From the NCBI GenBank assembly GCA_010015585.1, contig ML975149.1: 64,000 nt of DNA. One strand, 5' to 3'. Below, piece by piece: positions 1-12,001 of the stretch; positions within the stretch are counted from its first letter, which is position 1, and the number at the start of each line of letters is the position of its first letter. The notes under the pieces are model-generated. The model made no database searches. It was given only the letters and a program-made list of their open reading frames with translations, and was not told where the DNA came from. This stretch comes from Eremomyces bilateralis CBS 781.70. Taxonomy: Eukaryota. The translations under genes were made by a program, and so were the position numbers.

Positions 1-513
1 TCCACCACTCGTGGCTCCGCTCCCGACACCGACATCCCCGCCAGCACTCCCCGTCTCCTTTGGCTCCATTTGGATGATCCTCCGTGCCCTCGTCGGTGGT
101 GGCGGGAGCCGGTAGGCTTTGTCCGCCCGTCCCGCGTCCTCGGCATCATCGTCGTCCACTTTCGTCGCTTCGTTCGTGCGACCCCGCTGGTTGTGGCCCC
201 CCTTCGTGGCGCGTCCGCTGGTCGCGGTGCTTGGGCGTTTCTTGCCATTGCTGGGTGATGTGCTGGTACCGCTCGGTGGTATCGGTGGTTGCGGCTCTGT
301 TGATATGGGGAAGGGTTCTTGTTCGTGGAGGGTGGTCGCGTGGATCGGCAACGTGAGGCTGAGTGGTCGACATGCGCTGGATGTGCTGGTGGTAGAGGGG
401 GGGAGGGCGGCAGGAGGAAGGGCGAAGGGGTCGAGGGAGGTGAGGGAGCCGCGCTTGGAGGCGGGGATGTCGGTGGAAGGCTGGGGGGTGGGGAGGGAGG
501 TGGGAGGGGACAT
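1..513 (-). CDS. Partial gene (5' part; continues off the window), probable fungal bHLH transcription factor N-terminus
   Basis: Open frame from ATG at 513 to the window edge: MSPPTSLPTP...DDDDAEDAGRADKAYRLPPPPTRARRIIQMEPK. I recall the LPPPPTRxRxIIQMxP motif from the N-termini of a fungal bHLH family. The bHLH domain itself is not in the window. Confidence 0.55.
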   Translation of the reverse strand, partial: MSPPTSLPTPQPSTDIPASKRGSLTSLDPFALPPAALPPSTTSTSSACRPLSLTLPIHATTLHEQEPFPISTEPQPPIPPSGTSTSPSNGKKRPSTATSGRATKGGHNQRGRTNEATKVDDDDAEDAGRADKAYRLPPPPTRARRIIQMEPKETGSAGGDVGVGSGATSGG

Positions 514-1854
514 GGTGGGAGACAGGATAGATCTTGGAAATCTATATAGACGAGGATGTGCGATGTTCAGCGTGGGTTGGGAAGTCGTGGAAGGAGGGGA
601 GTTTGTCTCGCGATGAGGTGGATGTTCGAAGAATGGGGTAGAGATTGGACTCGGCTGGCGCCCTGATCGGCGTGTCGAGGTCGTTATAATGAGTAGAAGG
701 ATCTCAGTCTCATGCACCAAATTCAATTCGGATCATCTGGTTTCGATGTAGATCGAGAGACAAGTAGCAAGTGTAGATGGTATACGGATAGCACCGCAGC
801 TTCCTATTCAATGAACAATGGACTTGAATGGATAAAAGATGCACTCAAGGTGCTGTGGGATTTGGTCGAGTGGACTGTGGAGGTGCCAGGGAGCGAAGTC
901 TGCGAACACGACCGTAGTGCACACAATAGCACCAACTTGACTCCAACTAAATCAGACAAGAGAACAAGTAGAGGTACAGAATGAAAAGGACTAGGCCAGC
1001 TCTTTTACTCTGTTCTGCGATGGTAGGCAAGTATATCCACCCCGCGATCATCTAAACCTCAAATGCCTCACCGATCGAACGCAGTACAGCCTGTCCGATT
1101 TGCGTCTCCAATTCCTCAACAGCCTCAACAGCAGCCAGCGAAGCCATCCCAAGGATTCCTGTCTCCGAACCCCCCTCCTCTTGCAAATACAACTGTGCCA
1201 TACGTTTCCAGGATTGCGTCGACGACACAGTGTCGTCCGTTCCGTCCATGCGCAGGAGGCACGCGACAGCATTGGCCGGTCCCATTGGTGCGTCTGCAAT
1301 TGAGCACGCGTTCAAGATCTGGGTGCGGATTGGATGGATGGATTGGGGGTCCAATTTGTGTGAAGGCGGCGGGTTCACTGCAGGGTTGAGATTTTAGAGG
1401 ATCCTGGGGATTGGTCACGTGGAGACGCGTTTTATTAGGTACCGAGGTTCGGTTGACGTGACGTGACGCGTTCTTTGAACACGATCTCTTCCATCTCAAC
1501 CCTTTCTGTTCTCAACCATCCCATTGTCTCTACTGTTGTGTAACTCTTTATGACTGGACTTAATGCCTCGTGAGTCATCAGCCGTCTTAGTAGCACTTCC
1601 AAAGCGGATAGGTCGATTGGTTACTGACAGCCAGCTGCCTGATTGGTGTAACAGGCAATGTGAAAGCTGCTGGTTTGGTTACTGCGTAGCTCAACTAATA
1701 TATGAATTTCTGTTTTTCTCCCTTTAGTCACATCAGTTCTGCTTCTATGGTTTAACATTTCTCAACATCAGAAAGACATCTCTAAAGAATCCCTACCATT
1801 GCCAACTTGAACCACTGTTTGCACTGTGTTGTTGATGCGAGCCGGAGTGACGAT

Positions 1855-3452
1855 ATGGACAACAATCAACCCGACGCATTTGATCTTCTCCAAGTAGTCT
1901 CCACGGCGCTTCGTCGCCATGCCTCGAAAGATGTCTTCGCGATCGGCGGCAAGATCGATGTCGAGACTCTCCAAACTACGAGCTCGGTCAATCAAGGCCC
2001 AATTGTCATCCGCTGGGATTCCCGCAAGGGTGGACAAGGACGCAAGGTCTCGCTGCCAGTGCCGGGTGACGAGATGTCGAGCCGTGACTTTCAGCAGCTG
2101 CTAATGGACTGCCAGCCCGCCACGTTCGGTAAGGGGAACGCGGAAGTCTTGGACGAGGAGTATCGTAAGGCGGGTAAGATGGATGTCACGGAGTTTTGCA
2201 CCAACTTCAACCTTGCTAGGCATGGGATTGTCGACACGGTGACCCAAGCATTGGTCCACAGTGCGTTTGAAGAGGAAGTAGAGCGCAATGGTGTGAGAGC
2301 GGAGTTATATAAACTCAACGTGAGTTCGCAGAGGGGATCAAGGAAAATTGCTAACAATATGATAGATTTATTCGGGACCGTCGGGGAAATTCAAGTCTCA
2401 TGTTGACACCCCTCGATCGGAGAATCAGATGGGCTCCCTTGTCGTCTGTCTGCCCTCTCCCCACCAAGGTTCGCAGACCAGATCCGTAGTCGATCAGCCA
2501 TCTAACATGCTTCCCAGGGGGTGCCTTGGCCGTACGCCATGGCGGCCAAGAAGTCCTCTTCGACTGGTCGTCCAAGGACTCCGACTCGATCCAATGGGCC
2601 GCATTCTTCTCCGACTGCGAGCACGAAGTCTTCGAGGTCACCGACGGTCATCGAGTGACGCTTACGTACAATTTGTACTGGACCAGTTACGGGCCGTCGC
2701 TCATGGCGACCCATCTGAGCGCTCTGAACCAGTCCTCGTTCCACTTCTATGCCGCGCTGGAGAAGCTCGTGAAAAGCCCTTCATTCCTTCCTAATGGTGA
2801 GGCTCGAACTCCAAAGACTTGTCGCATTCACCAGGCTGAGCTAATCACTGCTCGATAGGTGGTCACATCGGCTTCACATGCACCCACGGCTATCCCCATT
2901 CCTCGCCAGCCGCTATCCCCCATCTAAACCCCATGCTAAAAGGCCTCGACATGATCGTTTACCAAGCCCTCAAACGTCTCCTCCACCACACCGGCGTCCT
3001 CGCCGTCCTCGACGGCAGTCACTACGAGCAATGGCGCGATGACCACGAGATGACCGACTCCGATGACTCCACCCCATCTGACAATGGCACCGCCGACCCC
3101 CATGCGACGAACGTCTATCTGTCTGACTTCTTATGCGCCCCGATCGTCTGGGAGAGATACACGGAGGAAACTAGTCTGGATCCGGAGTCGGTCACGCATT
3201 CTGTGACGCGGGATAACGAGACGACATGGCACCGGGAGAGGGTGTTTCCGAAAGAGCGGGTGACGTGGTTGAATGGCGACCCGAGGTCGTTTAAAGAGCT
3301 GGCTGTTGCCTTTATGACGGTAAGTCGACACTCCTCTTAAACGAACAACTTATCCTGACGATACGTAGTATGGAAACGAGCCGGGAATCGATGCCTACTA
3401 CTCTGCGGCTGTGATCGTATCCTGCCTCCCGACGTATGATCAACGTAAGTGA
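1855..3452 (+). CDS. 2-oxoglutarate/Fe(II)-dependent dioxygenase (P4Hc / 2OG-FeII_Oxy_3-like)
   Basis: Five exons (1855-2319, 2366-2468, 2518-2796, 2859-3319, 3369-3452) with GT-AG introns. The spliced product contains LYKLNIYSGPSGKFKSHVDTPR (HxD), GGALAVRH and FFSDCEHEVFEVTDGHRVTLTYNL (distal His and 2OG-binding Arg). Confidence 0.88.
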
Positions 3453-3966
3453 GGAGGCGAGCCTTTGGTGCTTGGGACTGGCGGCGTGGATCCGCGAGAG
3501 TGGAATAGGTCCGAAATATTCGAATTGATACTACTCGGACAGAATAACAGGTCTCATTCACATGGTTATGACTACAGTGATTCCCCGTCACCCATAACAT
3601 CACGCTTGAAACTCGTGTCGTTCGCTCTCGAGACAGTGGGAATATCCACCGTCACACCTCTACCCACATCGCGCATGGGTCCTACCAAGGAAATCCATTG
3701 GAAACTCGTGAATTTCATACAAAATTCTTCGACTGAAGCACTGTTTCCCCGGGGAACCGGCAAGGTCATGCACAGGGGAGTTCACGGAACTTGGAAACTT
3801 CGTCGGGTTTATGGACGCATGCTACATCGTAATACAGTTTTATGTAAACAAGGAGCGGTTCACACCCATGCCACGAAGATAGACGATAAATCGACAACAG
3901 GGTGCCGACAGCGACGCAAAAGTCCATCTCCCAAAATCCAATGACATCCCCTAGATCGGTCCTGAC

Positions 3967-5750
3967 TCATGACACCCCCTCCTCCTTCATATCTCCCAGC
4001 ACTGGCGACGACTTATCGTTCCCCTTCCGATCATACCCCGGATGTTTACTCTTCATATGTTTCGATAGATTCGATGACTGCCATCAAGTTAGCCATCATT
4101 CTTCCGTTGATTTGATCCCTCCGAAAAACTTACATCCCCACTCCGATGCCCACACACCCGACACACAAACGGCTTCTCCTTCGTATGCGTCCGCTCATGA
4201 TTCTTCTGCTGCGTCGCCGTCGCGCTCCGCTGCCCGCACCAGCCGCACACATACGGCTTCTCCTTCGTGTGCGTCGTATAGTGGTTCTTCAACTGCTCCT
4301 TGGTGCCGTGCGCCTTGCCGCACAGGTCGCAGACGTGCTCGCAGAAGCCGGAGTGCACGAGCAGGTGGCGGTTGAGCTTGCCGCGCTGGCGGAAGTCGCG
4401 GCCGCAGAAGCGGTCGCAGTGCAGGCGTTGGCAGTGGTAGGTGCCGGAGAGGAGGGCGGTGTGGGCGCGTTCGAAGTGGTGTTGGAGGGCGGAGGCGGTG
4501 GGGAAGGTGAGGGGGCAGCAGGTGGTGGGGTCGGTGGGGTCGGTGACCCAGTTGCATTGGTAGAGTTCGGTGGGAGGGATGGGGTCGGTTGCGGAGGTGG
4601 AGGTGGTGAGGGGGGGTGTGGGGAGGTTTGAGGTTGATATCACATGGGGCGATGCCTCGATGGTTGTGTTTGGTTGGGACTTGATTGGACTGGTCCCTGG
4701 AATTTCGGTCCTTTGTTCTCGCAGGCTCGTTAACGGCGGTTGGAGATTGGTTCCTTGTTGCAGACGAGACAAATCCAGCCCGAATGGATCGGACCGTAGA
4801 ACCGAATACTCTTGTTCTTGAAACGGCAGAGACCCCTGTTCAGTATGCGGTCTTGATACCGGCGAGTTGAAGCAGGTATGGTGGCCATGCCGTGTCCGGC
4901 CATCGTCGCCCATCAATGTGCCAGGAAATTGCGAGGATATCTGATTCGCAATGGACGTCTGGGCCAGCGTGTGGAAGTGAGGCCAGGACGGATGCCCATC
5001 GTGCGCCTCCTGGCACAGCTCCAACCCACTCCCGCTCCACCACTGCTGCCCATTTTGCAACTGCCCTGCCAACAGGCACTGCCAGTCGTCACACTCCGTG
5101 ACATCGCCATCCATCTCCGGTTCGTCGGGCGGGTACATCGGCCCCACGTCTCCGGGATACGAATGGAGACACCCCTCCTCGAAGCAGGGCGACTGATAGA
5201 GCCCCCCGTCGAAGCAGTTGCTGTCCGTACACGGCTGCGAGCAATCACATCCATCGCAGGGGATCTCCCCGCACCTGTCGTTCAGACCGTCTGCGCAGCC
5301 GGCGTCGACGCAGGTGGGGAGCGCGCAGTAGCCGGGGATTCCGCAGGCGTCGTCCTCGGACGTGCAGGCGATGGGGCAGGGCTCCTCGCAAGGGGAGGGA
5401 GGGCGGAGGAAGGATGTGTCGAAGGCGGTGGTGAAGTCGTGGAGGGCGAAGCATGGTGGGCCTTTGGGCGGATGAGGGGGAGAGGACGGGAGGGGTTGGG
5501 GATTGTGTGACGGCGTTGGGTCGTCGCGGGACGCCGACGGGGTGGACGGGAGGCTTGGGAAGGTGGTATGAGGTGCTTGATGTTGACAAGGCGGGTGTTG
5601 GTGAGGATTACTGTGTCGCTGAAACCTGTGCGAGGTGGGGGAGATGGTAGGACGATACGATAGGGCGTTGGTCGCAATATCGGGAGAGCGCCGCCGCTTT
5701 CGTCCGATGTTTGATTGCATCGTGTCGAACTGGAATTGCTCGAGCCTCAT
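3967..5750 (-). CDS. C2H2 zinc-finger transcription factor, Zap1/ZafA-like zinc-responsive activator
   Basis: Exons 5750-4134 and 4077-3967. The N-terminal region is Cys/Asp-rich (CEEPCPIAC..., CDGCDCSQPCTDSNC). Five C-terminal C2H2 fingers, the last two linkers of HTKEKP type, end in DSSNLSKH as in Zap1. The C2H2 call is firm; orthology is less certain. Confidence 0.75.
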
Positions 5751-6357
5751 AGATTCGATATTGGGCTTTTAGATAGGACGGTCTTCATCAATTCCATCTA
5801 TCTGTTGTCAGTGGTACAGTTGTGACTTGTCGGGAGTGGTGTAGCGATGAAGACGAGACTCCCACTTACCCATCAAGGTACTGATGACACCAGAGGCCCA
5901 CCAACGACTCTCCCCGAGATTGATGCCTTGAAGCAGTGATGAATTGATCTACTCCTGAGCCTCTTCAGCCGTGATCGCATTGTCAACTATAATCCGACCC
6001 CGATGGATTCTTGCGATGCTCATGGCTTGGAGGGACAATTGTTGGAATGGCGCTGGCAGATGATGAAAGACGTCTGCAGAGGAGGCGCAGATTCTGGCCA
6101 ATCAGAGGAGCCGTAGCTTGGATTGGATATCCGGAGCGACGACGACAAATCCACCACCGCGCGTCCTTCATCCGTATCTTCCACCAACCTATGTTCTCTA
6201 CCGCTTCAATTGCCTCAAGGTTCATAATCCCTATACCCAATCCCTAGAAATAATCCCTAGAAACAATCCCTATAAACAGCCTCTAAACCCCTCTCCCCCA
6301 GAATCCCCCCTCCAACCCCACCTCTACCTCCCTATACCTCTCACCACCATAACAACC

Positions 6358-6974
6358 ATGGGCAACTGCTTCGGCAAGCCCTCCACCAAATCCTCCCCCT
6401 TCCAAGGCTCTGCTCGCACCGTCGGCAGCGCCAACCCCCCCGCCCGCCCCGCCCAAGGCAGCAGCACCGCCACCAACCCCCAGAAAGCAGCGCCGCCGAT
6501 CAAGCCGGAGACCGGACGGACGTTGGGGGGCGGGACGAGGGACGTGGAGGATCCGAAGGCCGCGGCGGCAAGAGCGGCAGAGGTAGGTGTTTTTTCGTTT
6601 GCGTTGGTTTGTGAGGCTGGGTTGGGGAGAGGGTCATGTGTTGTGTATAGTGCGGTGCAGTGCAGTACAGTCGCATGGCTGGCTGAATCGGAGCCCAGGC
6701 TCATCGGCCCATGACCACGACCGTGTGGCTCTGATCCACCTCCCACCCTACCACCACCCTTTCTCCCGCCCAACCCACCGAAGTGCGTATCCGAACCCAT
6801 CTAACCCCCGCATCACAGAGCCGCGCGCAGAAACCCACGCCGTCGAACAAGCTCGCACTGCAGCTCAAGACACAGCAGAATCGGACGAGGACGGAGATAT
6901 TGAAGGAGGCGAGCGAGGAGAATCAGCGGCAGAAGGAGGTGGATGCGGGGGCGACTGTGAGGAGGTGGGATTGA
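6358..6974 (+). CDS. Small N-acylated protein (MGNCFGK...), SVIP-like
   Basis: Exons 6358-6582 and 6819-6974 (GTAGGT...CTAAC...CAG). It has an MGxC myristoylation/palmitoylation signature, a GRTLGG motif, and KAAAARAAESR across the splice junction. Confidence 0.75.
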
Positions 6975-7996
6975 TGGAAGGACTGAGGTTGGGGGGTTGA
7001 GTAAATGGAATTGGGGCGGATGAGGGGGGAGGGGGAAGGCGGCGGGTTACGACGTGATGATTTATGAGCGGATGGGATGCGTGGCTTATGAAGATAGTGG
7101 GATCCGATGGTGGATTGATGGACCAATGTGTATGGATTGCATAGATGCGGATCGCGAGATTCGCCAGCTGGAAGGTTGGAGGGAGTGGGATTCAAAACAT
7201 CGGGCAGGATGAAATACACTATTCCTACACCATCAATCATCAGAATCACGAAGACATCACACCTAAGAATTCAAGTCATGTATGCCATTGTTCCTATCCA
7301 TCCGTGTACACTACATACACATGGACGCCCATCCGTTTTTGAAATGATGCCTCATCACCCTCCTCCACGAAATAGACATCGCACCATTTTTATTGCCACC
7401 TCACTAGCCCCAGCCGTTGTGTACTTTTGCCCATATGTCTGCTGGAATGAGTTCGCGCGTCCAACGTAGCCAAGAGAAATGATGCCGATGACGATCCGGA
7501 ATCCATACGCTATTTTTCGCACTCCACGGGACTTCCGCCATCGCGCACGGAAAGACATGCGAGCGGATCGGGGCTAGTAATGCAGGATGCTAGTGAGGAA
7601 AGGATGAGATGGGGCGGATAGGATAACCGTGAAGAGCACCGCAGCGCGAGGGACAGAGGGGGAATGAAACAGCCTAATAAGAATATACCCAAACATTGGA
7701 ATCTAACGCCGTGGGCCCGAGAAGAAATTCGCGATGATCAAGGAAGCAACCAATGTGTGATGTTGCTCGGAAGGTGAGGACCCATCCATCATTCAGTCGT
7801 GAGAAGAGAAGAATTAGTGCGAGTGGGAGGAAGGGAGGACGCATCGCTAAACAGGGAAGCTCGGGGAAACGATGATTGTGCTGCGCTGAGGAAAAGCAAA
7901 TCTCGAGAGCTGAGCGATGATGTACAGCCGCCCAATTAAAGAGTCGGAACCGCGGGGTCGACGCTTTCGATAGGACACTCGGTGAGGTGTGCGTGG

Positions 7997-9665
7997 TTAT
8001 GAGCTCAGGGAGCTATGCTTCCTAGGAGCGGCCCTCAACGCCGATGATGACTCGTACGTTGAGGGAGCCTCCATGCCAAAGTAGTCGTGATAATACTTCT
8101 TGGTCCATTGGCGAAGGACGATAGAAGCTTGGAAGAGTCAGCGATGATTCTATGATGCACGGGGAGATTGCAATACCTTTCAAGAACTTCTTGCTGGCGT
8201 ACTTCTTGAAGAACGCTTCATGAAGGACCGGACCATGCAGATAGTCGACCATGAGCTGGAAGCACGGCCACAGTTCTTCCTCGGTGTAGCCGGAGTAGTG
8301 GGCGAGGGTGGGGTCCCACTCGCCCTTCTCCAGGACCAGACGAGCGAAATACATCGCTGCGGCGGCGACCTGGCTGGGCGGGTGGCCGATGAAGTGGTGG
8401 TCCAAGCAGCTGATCTCGAGCAAGTACTTGCCGAGGGTACGGGTCTGGATGTCGTAGGCATCGGCCTTGGAGATGCGACGCAGGAAGTTCATCGGGTTGG
8501 GATAGCTGAGGTCGTAGTTGAGGGCAGCTAGGACGAAACGCTCCGCACTGAGGATCTCCTCCTCGGTGAATCCGTCATCGGCGACGTGGCGGAAATTTTG
8601 GACGTGAGGTGATAGGACCTCTTCGTACTTGGAGGCGATGAACATGGCGGTGACGCCGACGAGTTGGAGGCGGTCGAGCTGGACGATCTTGCAGGAGAGG
8701 AAACGGTCGATGATGTTCACAGCTAGGAAGAGGGTTTCAGGAAGGAGACGGAAGCGACCATGAACCTCCAGCAGCCAGTCAACGAGAATGCCACGCATCT
8801 TCCATTCGAGTTCCGTTTGGAGGTCCATGTAGTCCTCGCTGGCCATAGTCCTGCCCTCGATATCGAGCAGGTAATCAAAGATCTCATTGACGTATTCGGC
8901 AACCATCAGAGGATCTTCAATGTCCTCGAGATCGAGGTCGACGACTTCCGGGTTAATCAGCTTGGGAGTGGTGGATCGAGGTTGGAACTGAGCCTCCTCC
9001 TTCGGAGCAACCGCCTCATGCTTCGTCTTGACTTCCATATAGACGTTGGTGTTTTCCGCTGGTGCAACATTCTCCTGGGTCTCAACGCTCTCCTCTTCCT
9101 CAATGGACTTCGAAGTGGAGTTCGTGTTTCGCTTCTTCGAGGCAGGGCCGTGAACCCCCGACCCACTCGCCGGTCGCTTCAAGTCCGAGGCATTCTTGTC
9201 CTTGTTCCCAAGAACGTTTCGCGTCGACTGGGAACGAGAAACCTTCTGAACCTTGGTAGGTGCGGCGGCTTTGACGAGACCCGGCTTGGCCCCAGCTTTA
9301 CCATTCTTCTCCGTGACCGTGCCTTGCTTCACGACATTGCTGACATCTCCGAGGGCTGCACGTTTCCGGGACTGACCCGCGGTGGTGGAAGTGGTGGTCG
9401 ACTTGGTTCGGGTGAGAGGCTTCTTGACTAGATCGGATGCAGCACTTTCGTGGTTCAGAGCGGCGGCCTTGGCACGCGTCAAACGTGTAGTGCCGGCATT
9501 CTCGTCGTTTTCAATGCCCTGAGCCCGTGATCGAACAGCTCGACCCTGGTGATGGTCAATTTACACGTCACAAGGGGATATCTCATCGAACGGGTTGACG
9601 TGTTGAATAGTCGAAGACGACGTTGACGGTGATATCAAGCAAGAGGAACTTACAGCAGGAGGCAT
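7997..9665 (-). CDS. nimE: G2/mitotic B-type cyclin
   Basis: Exons 9665-9654, 9545-8177, 8127-7997. Destruction box RAALGDVSN; cyclin box MRGILVDWL...LQLVGVTAMFIASKYEE; FFKKYASKKF. Confidence 0.95.
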
Positions 9666-10403
9666 GATGAGTTCGTCAAGCCTCTAGAATGCTAGAGGAG
9701 TGGACACGGAGGAATTGGAACCGTGTATATCGCGGTTTATGCACGATATCAAGGTTGTTGTGGTATATGTTTTGATGGATGCGTGAGCTGGGAATGAAGT
9801 TAGAGATTGCTGTCCAGCGAGGTCTTATGGATCCATCTTAACGTACGGATAACTGGGCAACTGCACTGGGCAGGTGAAGTAGATGCTTGGGTATGATGAC
9901 AGGTAAAGATACCCAGCACTGGTACCCGATACACGATGTTGATTGACGAGATTCCGACCGAATCAAGGCAGGAGAAAGAACGTGACGGAACCTGGAATAG
10001 ACTCTGTACACGCGAGAGGGTGAGATGGAGACGGCGTACAGGAGGAAGAGAAACAGGATAGACGGAAAATAGAGGAAGGCGTGTTTGGGGGACGAAAAGG
10101 AACTCTGTTGTGAGGAGCAAATACACGATGGTTGATGTAGAAAGCAGCAGAGACGTTCACTCACGGGTTTGTTGTTGCCCCAGCGGGTTACATAAGCAGA
10201 GGATCCCGGTCAGTTGGGCGTGTCTTCGCGCCCGCTTGGACCACCACGCAAGGCCCCGCGCAACGACCGTGATATACCGCGATTAGGACTGTTTGAAGGG
10301 CTGGAGACGCTGAAAATGTTGGGAATTGTTGGGAGATAGTCGTGGAAGAGGTATAAGAGATAGAATTGTGATATCAACATTCTTTGGACGAGAAAACCAG
10401 AAA

Positions 10404-10420
10404 ACGCGTGAAAAACAAGT
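10404..10420. promoter_or_regulatory. Candidate MCB element (ACGCGT) with an adjacent forkhead-like AAACAA in the cyclin B / RML2 divergent promoter
   Basis: Sequence AAAACGCGTGAAAAACAAG. This is a short motif that fits cell-cycle regulation but could occur by chance. Confidence 0.3.
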
Positions 10421-10689
10421 CACGGGATCGCGTTCTTCTGGTGGACGGCCAACCAGGCAACGCTTTCGTCATGGCAACCAATCAGGACGCGACGCAATAG
10501 AGTGGGTCGGCCGAGTGTACTCATATTAGCCTTAGCGCCTCAGACATTAATAATTGCTGCCTCAGGCATCCTTGACATTTTCTTGAAGCTCAATTGAAGA
10601 CTGAACATGTTGGATACAGCTTCGTACATCACAGCATCAATTCCTCCCATTAGCCACGCCGGCATCTGTGATGTGATACAGGAGTGGCG

Positions 10690-12001
10690 ATGATCCAAAC
10701 AAGGCCGTTCTTACGGTCAATATGGCAATCCAGCCAACGCCGTACCACCCTCCGTAACCCACGCCTCTACTCCACCGTCACCATCGAAGTCACATCCCCT
10801 TCCCAACCCCCAACCATCACCCTCACCCCCAAATACCCTCCCACCCCTCCCACCGCCTCCGCCTCCAACTCCGAGACCGCCCGCCGCGTCGCCCTCAAAA
10901 AAGGCGGCGCCGCCGCCATCCTCCGCACCTACACACCGCGCACCCCCGGCATCCGCCATCTCCGCCGCCCCGTCAACGACCACCTCTGGAAAGGCCGCCC
11001 CTACTACCCCCTTACCGTCCCGAAGAAGGGCCACGGCAAAGGCGGCCGCAACAACACCGGCCACGTCACCGTGCGCCATCGCGGCGGCGGCCACAAGCGC
11101 CGCATCCGCCTCCTCGACTTCAAGCGCATGGACGCCGGCCCGCGCCTCGTCGAGCGCATCGAGTACGACCCGAACCGTAGTGCGCACATTGCGCTGCTCA
11201 GCCAAGAGGCGGACGAGGGGAAGAAGGCATTCAGCTACGTCATCGCGGCGGAGGGCATGCGCGCCGGCGACGTGGTGGAGAGCTTCCGGGCGGGAATCCC
11301 GCAGCGGCTGATCGACGAAATGGGCGGGGTGGCGGACCCGGGGATGCTGGCGGCGAAGACAGCGATCCGCGGGAACTGCCTGCCGATGCACCTGGTGCCG
11401 GTGGGGACGAAGGTGTACTGCGTAGGGTCGGCGGCAGATCGGGGCGCGGTGTTTTGTAGGAGCGCGGGGACGTATGCGACGGTGATTGCGAAGGGGGAGG
11501 AGGGGACGAAGGAGGAGAGGACGGTGGTGGTGAGGTTGCAGTCGGGAGAGGTGAGGAGGGTGAGTCGGAATGCATGCGCGACCATCGGGGTGTCGAGTAA
11601 TCCGCATTGGCATTTCAGGCAGTTGGGGAAGGCAGGGAGAGCGCGATGGTTGGGAATTCGGCCGACGGTCAGAGGTGTTGCGATGAACGCTGGTATGTCA
11701 TATCGTCTCTTCGTCTCATCAGATCCTTCCGATCACTTTGTCTCGATTGAGGTATACTGATTGTTTACATAGCCGATCATCCTCACGGTGGTGGTCGTGG
11801 CAAGTCGAAGGGTAACAAGATTCCCACGAGTCCATGGGGTCAACAGGTACGTGTCAATCCCGTCTACTTTCCCATCCACATTCTCACCGTCTACAGGCCA
11901 AATCCGGATTCAAGACTCGCAAGAAGCGAAACGTCAACAAGTGGGTCGTCCATGCTCGGCATCGGAACCAAGGCAAGCGACGGGCCAAGTCCGCATCATA
12001 A
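10690..12001 (+). CDS. RML2: Mitochondrial large-subunit ribosomal protein uL2m
   Basis: Exons 10690-11692, 11773-11846, 11897-12001. Arg/Ser-rich presequence; GRNNTGHVTVRHRGGGHKR, IEYDPNRSAHIAL and RPTVRGVAMNAADHPHGGG. Confidence 0.96.

Noticed and set aside
1052..1389. Overlapping ~108-aa ORFs on both strands
   Set aside because: No recognisable motif or gene structure; the region reads as intergenic or promoter sequence.
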